A stretch of 51,714 nucleotides of DNA from Gammaproteobacteria bacterium (GCA_013151345.1 JAADIM010000008.1:1-51714), one strand, 5' to 3'. Numbered from the stretch's first letter, positions 32,879 through 41,620 are shown. The notes: generated by a model not told the origin, from the letters alone. Made by a program: numbers and translations.

Positions 32879-34123
32879 ATACGCTCTCGTATTCTACTCA
32901 TAACCCAACCAAACAGTTACCGAATTGCACCCTACATAAAAGCAGCGAACCGCATGGGCCTCGAGGTACTGATTGCGTCGCGCGGCGAACATTCGCTGAT
33001 TTCCGAGGTTCACCGCGGCTTGCACATTGATCTGGAAAATCTCAACAGTTCACTCACCCACATTCTCAAAGAAGAAAAAAAAACACCCTTTGCAGGCGTG
33101 TTAGGCAGCGATGACAGTACCGTAGAGCTTGCTGCTAAAGTCGCAGACGCACTTGGACTCCCGCAAAACCCACAAACCGCCGCACGCTTGACCCAACGCA
33201 AAGACCTGGCACGCGCCCACCTGACACAAGCTGGCTGCCCCGTACCAAAATACCGCTTGATCAATATTGACATTCCGCTCAATAAGCAAATAGCGGGCTT
33301 TCCTTGGCCCTGTGTGATCAAACCCCTAAATCTATCTGCAAGCCGGGGGGTTATTCGCGCAAATAACACCGAAGAATTTGTTGCTGCATGTAACCGTATT
33401 AAACCCATTATTGCAGAATCAAATGATGAGTTTGCGAAACACCATATACTTGCAGAAGAATATATCGATGGTATAGAAGTCGCTTTCGAAGGTTATCTTC
33501 ACGACAGCGAACTCACCACGTTGGTGATATTTGACAAACCGGATCCACTAGAAGGACCTTACTTCGAAGAAACAATCTATGTCACGCCATCACAATTGGA
33601 CAATACTACTCAAATAAGAATTAAACAAAACATTGCGCAAGCGTGCAAGGCATATGGCCTGACCACAGGCCCTGTGCACGCCGAGTTACGAATCAATGAA
33701 CAAAATGCCTGGATCTTGGAAGTCGCTTGCCGCACGATTGGTGGAGATTGCGCACGTAGTCTTGATAACGGTAGCAATTTCAATCTGGAAGAACTCGCTA
33801 TATCACTGGCAATAGGTCGTCCAATAAAAACGCGACCACCTGAAGATGCTCGTGGTGTCATGATGATTCCGATCAAGCAAGGCGGTATATTGCGCCGCGT
33901 AGAGGGTATTTCCGCTGCTCTAAAAATCGCAAACATCAAGAAAATTGATATCATTATTCGGGAAGGAAACGAGCTAATCCCGCTTCCGGAAGGAAACCAA
34001 TATCCAGGTTATATTTTCGCTCGCGGCCAATCTCCAACAGATGTCATTCATGCACTCAGAGAAGCGCTTTCTAAGCTAGACTTTGTAGTTGCGCCGCTGT
34101 TTAAATTAAATAAGTTAAATTAA
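32879..34123 (+). CDS. ATP-grasp ligase, L-amino-acid-ligase-like; start probably ATA at 32879, first ATG at 32954
   Basis: PCVIKPLNLSASRGV, AEEYIDG.E, PVHAELR, ILEVACRTIGG; the frame upstream of the ATG encodes RILLITQPNSYRIAPYIKAA. Confidence 0.85.
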   Translation: MRSRILLITQPNSYRIAPYIKAANRMGLEVLIASRGEHSLISEVHRGLHIDLENLNSSLTHILKEEKKTPFAGVLGSDDSTVELAAKVADALGLPQNPQTAARLTQRKDLARAHLTQAGCPVPKYRLINIDIPLNKQIAGFPWPCVIKPLNLSASRGVIRANNTEEFVAACNRIKPIIAESNDEFAKHHILAEEYIDGIEVAFEGYLHDSELTTLVIFDKPDPLEGPYFEETIYVTPSQLDNTTQIRIKQNIAQACKAYGLTTGPVHAELRINEQNAWILEVACRTIGGDCARSLDNGSNFNLEELAISLAIGRPIKTRPPEDARGVMMIPIKQGGILRRVEGISAALKIANIKKIDIIIREGNELIPLPEGNQYPGYIFARGQSPTDVIHALREALSKLDFVVAPLFKLNKLN

Positions 34124-34154
34124 ATAAGGCAAACTGAACAAACAGTAATTGAGA

Positions 34155-34442
34155 CTACTTTTTACCGCCGCCAGCCGCCTGAAAACCTGCAGGTAATTGT
34201 CCGTAATCACCTTCTCCAAAAAAGAAGCCTAACATGTGTTTTTCGATCAACTCAATAGATTGAATATCAGCCGTGCTTAGGCCGTTTTCATTTATTATAG
34301 TAGTTGAGCGCTCCAGCCATTGCTGCCACCCTTCCTTGGAAACATTATCAAAAATTCGTTGACCCAATTCACCAGGATGGGTAAATTTATCGAGGCCTTC
34401 GGCTTGTGTTTTTAGAACAACACATTGTACTAATCTGGTCAT
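34155..34442 (-). CDS. yggX: YggX-family Fe(II)-trafficking/oxidative-damage protection protein, divergent
   Basis: R.V.C..L...AEGL, PGELGQRIFDNVSKEGWQQW, IINE; AGGA RBS 6 nt upstream of ATG 34442. Confidence 0.85.
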   Translation of the reverse strand: MTRLVQCVVLKTQAEGLDKFTHPGELGQRIFDNVSKEGWQQWLERSTTIINENGLSTADIQSIELIEKHMLGFFFGEGDYGQLPAGFQAAGGGKK

Positions 34443-34448
34443 CACTTA

Positions 34449-34508
34449 TCCTAATAAAAAAGTCCTAATAAAAAAGTCCTAATAAATAAAAGTCCTAATA
34501 AATAAAAG
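34449..34508. repeat. Four 14-16 bp tandem repeats TCCTAATAAA(TA)AAAG
   Basis: Read directly; each copy carries AGGA on the minus strand. Confidence 0.9.
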
Positions 34509-34552
34509 CACTAAAAATTAATGCTTAATATTAATAATACTAATAAAAAATT

Positions 34553-35602
34553 TTATTCATATTTTTTCAACAAAACACCTTCATCACCACAACAGCTGGC
34601 AGCACATTGTTTTATTTGAAATATCTCTTCTTCGCTACCTTCGAGATAAGATGCTATCGGGCGGTTTTCCTTGGCACAATCGCAACCCTTATCATTATAC
34701 ACATAAATATTTTTCAGTCCCGCCCGTACGGCTGCGTCTTGCGCCTTAAATAATATATCTTCTGGTGTTGGGGGTAAATGACTTAATTTATAGGCCGGAA
34801 AAAACCGGGTGATATGCCAAGGACTTTCTTTACCCAGATTATCCCGTACCCAACATGCGATTTCGTAGTGCTCTTCAGGATCATCATTCTTGCCAGGAAT
34901 AATATTGGTTCGAGTTTCCACATGAATACCCAACTCATGAGCTTTTTTGATCGAGTGCAAAACCTGCTCTACTTTGGCAGGTCGACATATTTCCTTATAG
35001 AAGATATCACGCATGCTTTTGATGTCAGAACAGAGCACATCAATATACGGCGCAACTAATTCCAGCGCCTCGTCGGTAATATAGCTATTGGAAACATACA
35101 CCGTATATAATCCTGCGGCATGCGCCAATTTGCTTACATCTATCACGTACTCTAACCATACCGCTGGCTCTGAGTAAGTAAAAGCAATACCCTGAACATT
35201 AGCCCGTATCGCTGAATCAATCAGAGACTGGGGCGTTACCCAGGCTTCCTTGGACTCGCCTTTCGCAAGACTATCCAATGCTTCTACACCCCAGGAAATA
35301 TCCAAATTATGACAACCCCCACAGCGAAAGCTGCAACCGTAACTACCTACTGACATTACGCGTGTTCCCGGGCGAAAATGCTTGACCGGCTTATCCTCGA
35401 TAGGATCAATATCAATGGACGACAAAATACCATATGATAGGTTATACAACGTCCCATTGCGATTTACATGCGCCTGACAAAAACCACGTTGCCCATGAAC
35501 AATCTTGCAACGCCACAGACACAGATTACAGCGCGTTGCCCCATTATCTAGTTTTTCCTGTAACCGAGTTTCTACGAGTTGGTATTGATTCGCTACTGCC
35601 AT
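34553..35602 (-). CDS. Radical SAM enzyme, AmmeMemoRadiSam (AmrS)/PflA-like family, with Cys-rich tail
   Basis: N-terminal CNLCLWRC...GFC, DPIEDKP, CSFRCGGC, FTYSEP, PWHITRFFPAYKL; ATG at 35602 with AAGGT RBS. Confidence 0.88.
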   Translation of the reverse strand: MAVANQYQLVETRLQEKLDNGATRCNLCLWRCKIVHGQRGFCQAHVNRNGTLYNLSYGILSSIDIDPIEDKPVKHFRPGTRVMSVGSYGCSFRCGGCHNLDISWGVEALDSLAKGESKEAWVTPQSLIDSAIRANVQGIAFTYSEPAVWLEYVIDVSKLAHAAGLYTVYVSNSYITDEALELVAPYIDVLCSDIKSMRDIFYKEICRPAKVEQVLHSIKKAHELGIHVETRTNIIPGKNDDPEEHYEIACWVRDNLGKESPWHITRFFPAYKLSHLPPTPEDILFKAQDAAVRAGLKNIYVYNDKGCDCAKENRPIASYLEGSEEEIFQIKQCAASCCGDEGVLLKKYE

Positions 35603-35786
35603 AACAATTGACCTTAAATACAAAATACTTAGGATGCGTAATAAAACAAGCGCATAGTGGAAAAACCGTTTTATGTTATATATTTATATTAACACACCAA
35701 ATCAAGCACAAACACTCAGCAAAACCAGGTGTTCTTTACAGTACTAAACGTTAAAATATATTAATTTATTAACAAAGGTAGCTACC

Positions 35787-36470
35787 ATGTTTCATTGCCT
35801 GTCACTTCGAGTTTTACTGCTCATTTCTATTATTTTCCTGCAGTCCAACGCCGCACAAGCCTTGATGTTGGATATGCAAGAAAATGGTGAGTTTTCACTT
35901 AATTTGGAACGTGTTACGACTGACCTGAAATTTGACAACGCGGTCATCGAGAACCGTATTAGCCGTATTTATATGTCAATATATGAAGCGTCTTATGCCT
36001 GGTTTCAACCTGGATTGAAATTGGGTTACTTGTCCAGCACACAAAGTAACAACCCAATTACTGCCGGCATCAATCTGTCGGGAGAAATAATCGGCATTTC
36101 ACTAATTACTAACATTCCACCACGTCGATTTCTAAGTACACAAATTGAAATGGATTATCTATATCACGATGTTAATAAAGAAACATTTACACAAAAAGTC
36201 TCACTCAAATGGTACGAATTTATAGCTAAAGCAGGCGTATCGATAAATCCAGGCTTGTGGCAACTTTCAATTGGCAGATACTTTCATTTAATTGATGGTG
36301 ATGAAACTGCATATGGCACAATTATTCAAACACGACATTTTAAAGAAGAAAAACAAACCGGAAGTTATCTTGATTTTACGTTATTCGTCGACAGTACCGG
36401 TAAAGTAGGTATCCGTGCACAAGGCGGAAGTCGCCGTGGAATTAATCTTGTTTTTTCAAGAGAATATTAG
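35787..36470 (+). CDS. Secreted, probable outer-membrane beta-barrel protein of unknown function
   Basis: Signal peptide (AQA), alternating beta-strand pattern, C-terminal LVFSREY. Confidence 0.6.
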   Translation: MFHCLSLRVLLLISIIFLQSNAAQALMLDMQENGEFSLNLERVTTDLKFDNAVIENRISRIYMSIYEASYAWFQPGLKLGYLSSTQSNNPITAGINLSGEIIGISLITNIPPRRFLSTQIEMDYLYHDVNKETFTQKVSLKWYEFIAKAGVSINPGLWQLSIGRYFHLIDGDETAYGTIIQTRHFKEEKQTGSYLDFTLFVDSTGKVGIRAQGGSRRGINLVFSREY

Positions 36471-36511
36471 ACTACCTCGAAACTACTATCTCTAGACTGA
36501 AAACAGCGACG

Positions 36512-37456
36512 TTATTTTACAGCGACTTGGCTGTTTTTGTCGCTATTGGCCGCTAATATTTTTATTAAACTCTTCAACTTCACAGGCACCATAGTAAATT
36601 GAATACCGTACTGGTGCTGATCTCCTTTTGGGCTATAGTAGGTAATTAATCCTGAAGCACGTAACACCATATCTTTATATCTTAACTCAAGTCTTATTTT
36701 TTCACCTAACCGAGGATCTGTCGCCGGTGTCGACAAACTTAATCCACCCAAACTAACATCGCTTGCTTCGGTCGTAATAAAATCGACGAAACTGGCTAAC
36801 CCTCGACTTCTTGCTCGAACAGTGAGTAATCTTGCATTATATCGTACGTCGACTCGACGTTGAGTATCCGGCACCGTTTGAGACTTATTTAGTACTTCCG
36901 AAACTGATTCAAGATCTTCCAGACTTGAATCTGATATGGCTTTAATATTTCGAGTATTATTTTGTGCTTTTAGAATAGCGGCCTGGCCAATTCGTTTTGC
37001 ACGCAAAATCTGTCTACTTTTGATGATATCAGCAATACTTATTTTTTGTGTTTTTTGATACGACGCCATATCCACTTCATCTACAATCTCTATTGACTCT
37101 TCCGCTGATCTCTCAAGCAAGGTATCCAGTAACTCTTCAAACTGATGAGGCAGTTGGGTAAACATAATGCCATAAAACTCTAGACCTTCTCTTTCTTGCA
37201 CATATACCACAACACCGCTGATGAAATACTCCTCTGCGTCATAGTCTAAGTGCAACCTTACCTTTTCCAGCAACTTCAATTTCAAATCACCAGAGATAAT
37301 ACCCACCCCACCACGATTAACATCCATGGTTTCAACATCAAGGTATTCTTCAAATATAAGCCAACGTTTGCGTTTTACAGACACAAACAACTCCGGCGCC
37401 TCAATTCGGTCAGAACGGCGACGATTTTTTCTTGGTTGCTGTTGTAAATTATCCAT
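36512..37456 (-). CDS. Tandem PilZ-domain protein
   Basis: RRSDR...DVNRGG and RVDVR...DVSLGG, each followed by YGIxF. Confidence 0.85.
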   Translation of the reverse strand: MDNLQQQPRKNRRRSDRIEAPELFVSVKRKRWLIFEEYLDVETMDVNRGGVGIISGDLKLKLLEKVRLHLDYDAEEYFISGVVVYVQEREGLEFYGIMFTQLPHQFEELLDTLLERSAEESIEIVDEVDMASYQKTQKISIADIIKSRQILRAKRIGQAAILKAQNNTRNIKAISDSSLEDLESVSEVLNKSQTVPDTQRRVDVRYNARLLTVRARSRGLASFVDFITTEASDVSLGGLSLSTPATDPRLGEKIRLELRYKDMVLRASGLITYYSPKGDQHQYGIQFTMVPVKLKSLIKILAANSDKNSQVAVK

Positions 37457-37597
37457 ATAAACTTAAAAATGTGCTCCACAGAAAAGACCAAAATTATTGC
37501 CAGTTAATCAGCATCTTTCGATTTTAATACTGTTTCTATTTTAATACTGAGTATTACGGCAAAAATACAGTTTTCTATAGTTCCATTATAAACAGGG

Positions 37598-38782
37598 CTA
37601 TAGCCGATCTCTAAGAATAGCGCTAATTTCCTGATTAGTCAGTAAGATAGGGTTTGTTTTCATGCTGCTTCCACGGGAATGTGCAACAATATCATCAAAA
37701 TCCGCTTCAGTTATTCCATAATAATTCAGCCGGGGAAGACTGAATTGTTCGATCCAATCGGTCAATACTGCAACCAGCCTGTCGTGCGACGCCAAAACAC
37801 CCGTATCTACTTGATTATTAATTATATTTCCGATTTTCACATACTTCGCAAGCGCAGGGTTTCCTGGCTCACGTTCAAGCATGCTCTGGATATTCATCTG
37901 TGTCGCAGCAGCCGCCAATGTTCCGCACACTACACCATGCGGAATCGGGTAAAAAGCACCGAGAGGTGACGCCAGGCCATGTACAGAACCCAGGCCAACT
38001 TGGGCAAGCGTAATACCTGATATTAGCGCAGCATAGGCCATTTTTTCATGAGCGTCTGTCGCCCCGGGACCTTCTTCGTACCAGTTTACCAAGCTCGAAC
38101 AGACGGCGTGCAGACCACTTATCGCTAATGAATCCGTAATTCCGTTTGCATTAATAGACACGTAGGACTCAATTAGCTGTGTCAACGCATCCATTCCATT
38201 AGCTGCAATCAACTCGGGCGGGCAAGAGGCAAGAAAGTCCGGATCAACGACAGCGTACTCTGCAACCAACATTTCATGGCGAAAGGATTTTTTAAAACCG
38301 TTCCTTCCTGATAAACTAAGCACTGCATTTTTTGTTGCTTCGCTACCAGTACCCGCCGTTGTTGGTACTGCTATAAAAGGAACTGCAGGGCCGTTATAAG
38401 AAAGCTCTGGACCGACACCTTCCAGATAATCCATTACCGAGTGATTTATTTTTAATAAACCCGCAATTGCTTTTGCTGCATCCAGTACACTGCCTCCACC
38501 TATACCGATAACAACCTCAAAATTTTCAGATCTATAGTTATTTACGAATTCATCGACAATCGCCGGTGAAGGTTCATTAGAAATTCTGCAGTGCTCCCAA
38601 CTAACATTTTTGCGCTTTAATGCAGCTAAAAATTGAATCCAAAGCTCAGTTTCGAGGATGAACCGACCCCCAGTCACGATTAAAACACGCTTACCGTACA
38701 GTTCTAAAATAGCAGGCACATTACTGAAAACGCCTCGACCAAATTCAATACGCGGTAATCGTGCAATAGAAAAAGAATTCAT
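37598..38782 (-). CDS. Iron-containing alcohol dehydrogenase family protein
   Basis: GGGSVLDAAK, VPTTAGTGSEAT, VHGLA...IPHG; ATG at 38782 preferred. Confidence 0.92.
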   Translation of the reverse strand: MNSFSIARLPRIEFGRGVFSNVPAILELYGKRVLIVTGGRFILETELWIQFLAALKRKNVSWEHCRISNEPSPAIVDEFVNNYRSENFEVVIGIGGGSVLDAAKAIAGLLKINHSVMDYLEGVGPELSYNGPAVPFIAVPTTAGTGSEATKNAVLSLSGRNGFKKSFRHEMLVAEYAVVDPDFLASCPPELIAANGMDALTQLIESYVSINANGITDSLAISGLHAVCSSLVNWYEEGPGATDAHEKMAYAALISGITLAQVGLGSVHGLASPLGAFYPIPHGVVCGTLAAAATQMNIQSMLEREPGNPALAKYVKIGNIINNQVDTGVLASHDRLVAVLTDWIEQFSLPRLNYYGITEADFDDIVAHSRGSSMKTNPILLTNQEISAILRDRL

Positions 38783-38799
38783 ATCAATGTCCGCTTGAT

Positions 38800-39105
38800 C
38801 TAGAAACAATCAGTTCTGGGAAATAATCCGTTATAAGACACACCCTCTCTGGGGCTGGCCATCCAATCCGCAACGGTGTCTCGCCATTTCAAATAATGTG
38901 CTGTCTTTTTATGCTCAATAGCATCTGAATCAGATTGGTAGGCCTCATAAAGCACAAAACGAGAGAAATCTTCTGGTGACTGTAAAATATCAAAACGTAA
39001 ATTACCTGACTCTGATACAGAATTTTCATGATTCAAACGCGTAGCTTCTATAAAACTGGTTATATACTCTTCTTTAACATGAACATAAACAATCGTTGTA
39101 CGCAT
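38800..39105 (-). CDS. ABM-family/LsrG-like protein (putative quinol monooxygenase or isomerase)
   Basis: E.GNLRFDILQ, F.LYEAY, HKKT.HY..WRDTV..WMA.PR. Confidence 0.88.
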   Translation of the reverse strand: MRTTIVYVHVKEEYITSFIEATRLNHENSVSESGNLRFDILQSPEDFSRFVLYEAYQSDSDAIEHKKTAHYLKWRDTVADWMASPREGVSYNGLFPRTDCF

Positions 39106-39144
39106 TTTCTTTGCTCCCTATTGCTCCAATAAAGTACACTCCAA

Positions 39145-40302
39145 TTATACTGGCGAGACGAAGGTACTCTTTACAAATTCAAACATATTTTGATAACGCA
39201 ATTTTTGCTGCTTCCAACACAAGCCGGACATATCATCAGATTGCATAGCACAGCCTTTTTCAAACAGTCTTGCGATATCTAATAGCCGGTCTACCAGCCC
39301 TACCAACTCATTGTCGGGATTATTAATATTTGATTGATACCTGTATTTTTTATTTATGTATTCCTTATATGCCAACCGATCAGGCACTACGGGTATACAG
39401 CCCGCCGCTACAGCTTCCAATACCGCAAGCCCCTGAAAATCATGTAGCGCTGTGGAAACCACAACATCAGAGCTACGCAACAAATCACAATATCGATCCC
39501 GCGCAACCATCCCCCATGCATTGATATGATCCTGTAACAATACATAATTTTCTTCAAAAACAGCTGGCACATTCCTAAATTTCTGCCCGACCACATTCAC
39601 TTTGAAATTTATTTTTAATTGCTTAAGTTTTATTAGCGCCGAAAAAAAGCGGTCAGGTGCTTTATCATATTCCCAACGATGATTCCAAAGCAACGTCAGA
39701 CTATCATTTTTATTTTTTTTCCGACAACCAGCACCGAATTCATCAATTAGAGGCACTGGTAACACATCACTTTTACCCAGAATATGCTCACCTATTTTTG
39801 GTGGCACGCAATCCGGCATTTTTTTCAACAATGCGCTTACCCCCTCTACGAACGATGACCGATTATACTCTGAATTAAAAACCACTCGATCTGCCGCAAT
39901 CGCGGAAAAAAGGTTAACCATCTTTGCTTCTAAATTGAGCTGTGATTGTTCACTCTCTGGGTAGGCAAACTGATTTTCATGGAAATATAGTATATTAGGA
40001 CAACGTGTCAAAGACGGAACCAAACCTCGTAGCGTTGCGAGATCAGTCATCGATGTGGCAATTATAAGATCAAAAGACTGATTCAATATATCTCGCTGAA
40101 AAAAAGCCCATGTCAATCCATTGCTGCGAATTCGCCAATTAAAATACCGAGGCGGTAGTGTCAATTCTACCCACTCGTATTCAGTAAATGTGTTCTTTAA
40201 TCCTTCACGCCAATACCGATGACTCATTGCATCATAAGGCGAAAGCAATAAAACCCGAAAAGGCGTAATATCATCGATCATATCAATCCAACTAGGTAAC
40301 AT
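39145..40302 (-). CDS. DUF3524/GTDC1 (QTMAN-like) GT-B glycosyltransferase
   Basis: YFHENQFAYP, LWNHRWEYDK.P, DVVVSTALHDFQGLAVLEAV, PDRLAY. Confidence 0.88.
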   Translation of the reverse strand: MLPSWIDMIDDITPFRVLLLSPYDAMSHRYWREGLKNTFTEYEWVELTLPPRYFNWRIRSNGLTWAFFQRDILNQSFDLIIATSMTDLATLRGLVPSLTRCPNILYFHENQFAYPESEQSQLNLEAKMVNLFSAIAADRVVFNSEYNRSSFVEGVSALLKKMPDCVPPKIGEHILGKSDVLPVPLIDEFGAGCRKKNKNDSLTLLWNHRWEYDKAPDRFFSALIKLKQLKINFKVNVVGQKFRNVPAVFEENYVLLQDHINAWGMVARDRYCDLLRSSDVVVSTALHDFQGLAVLEAVAAGCIPVVPDRLAYKEYINKKYRYQSNINNPDNELVGLVDRLLDIARLFEKGCAMQSDDMSGLCWKQQKLRYQNMFEFVKSTFVSPV

Positions 40303-40306
40303 ATAA

Positions 40307-40379
40307 TGTGATGCAAATCACGATCTACATTAGAAAATGTGTTATAGATACGCGAGACTTTTATGTAAGATCTTTCACA
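40307..40379. promoter_or_regulatory. Two CRP-like sites
   Basis: TGTGA-TGCAAA-TCACG (40307-40322) and TGTAA-GATCTT-TCACA (40364-40379), each 9/10 consensus. Confidence 0.55.
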
Positions 40380-41173
40380 TAAAGAGACTCCATAAATAAA
40401 TACAACTTATGACAATAAATTACACCTAATACAGCTCTAAAATACCATCTAAAAACATAAAAGTAGTATCTTAATCACCCAGTATAGTGGGATTTTGCCT
40501 AATAATAGTTATCAGTCATTTAGTAGACCGGTAATCCTGGGTGCAGAACGTAGCTCGCCAACAACTATGAAGCATTATCCCTGGAGGAAAAAAAACCTGG
40601 CTTTCGCTTGCTAGGCATTATAATGATAAACTGCGCACAGTTAATAAACGGGAAAGGACATGTTGTTAACTTCCGGGCATCATGGGCTTGCCCTGTAAAT
40701 AAAAAAATACCAGTTTTTAATCGCATACAAAATAAATATGACATATGACGCAGATGGCGTATTATTTATCGACATTGCCATTTATAACCCCAGTTATAAC
40801 CCCAGTGCAGTATAAGTGTTCACGACATCAATCCCAACCCATTACCCTGTGCTCGTAGCCCATGCCGCAGCTGTTAAGTTAAGCTGGTTAAAAATTACAA
40901 AAAATACCTGGCGCGTAATTGAAAAAATTAATTAATTGTTATTATATATTATGAACTTTATACGAAATTTCGGGTCGCATCTTAGCGGCGTGAATGTGAG
41001 GCGTATCAGTTATAATTATATAAACATATCCATAAATTTATTGCTCTTACTCAGATTACGTTTATTCAAATTTTATTCAAAGAATAGGAGGCCAAAATTA
41101 ATCTTGCGTTCATCTAGATAATCATATGAAAATAGACGCCACTGAAGAATCTTTTAATTAATAACACCCTAAC

Positions 41174-41578
41174 ATGGAGACAGCTATGCACACATCAGTG
41201 AACAATCGAATATTCCAGCTTTTTTTAATAGTTTCAATTTGTGTTTTTACCACTCAATTATCTATTGCGGGTGACGGTGCTATTCAATCGATGGCCAACA
41301 TCATGATGAAGATAAATCATTATCCTAGTGACAGTGAAAAGAAAACGTTAGGTGATATTGTCAATGATAAATCCACATCGGAACATGATCGTGTTATGGC
41401 ACAATCAATAATCAATCTTCAACACAAGGCAAGTCCTGCTGACAAAGAAAAATTGAGCAAAATCATGAACGACAAGTCTGCACCAGCGGACGCACGCGAC
41501 CTGGCAGGCATTATTCACAATTTAAATCATACGCCTAGCGAAGGTGATAAAGCACGACTCGAAAAAATGATTCATTAA
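41174..41578 (+). CDS. Secreted helical repeat protein of unknown function
   Basis: Signal peptide (SIA); about 2.5 copies of a 35-aa repeat, each containing H..S...K..L. Confidence 0.8.
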   Translation: METAMHTSVNNRIFQLFLIVSICVFTTQLSIAGDGAIQSMANIMMKINHYPSDSEKKTLGDIVNDKSTSEHDRVMAQSIINLQHKASPADKEKLSKIMNDKSAPADARDLAGIIHNLNHTPSEGDKARLEKMIH

Positions 41579-41620
41579 ATAGCAGCGCTATTGCATGCTA
41601 TTCGACAGTTGACAGTTATA

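Noticed and set aside
32299-35602. Selenocysteine recoding in the HesB-like, YggX or radical SAM genes
   Set aside because: Their stops are TAA or TAG and the Cys motifs are complete; no in-frame TGA is needed.
40936-41121. 61-aa ORF upstream of the secreted repeat protein
   Set aside because: Weak start, no RBS, low-complexity AT-rich translation.
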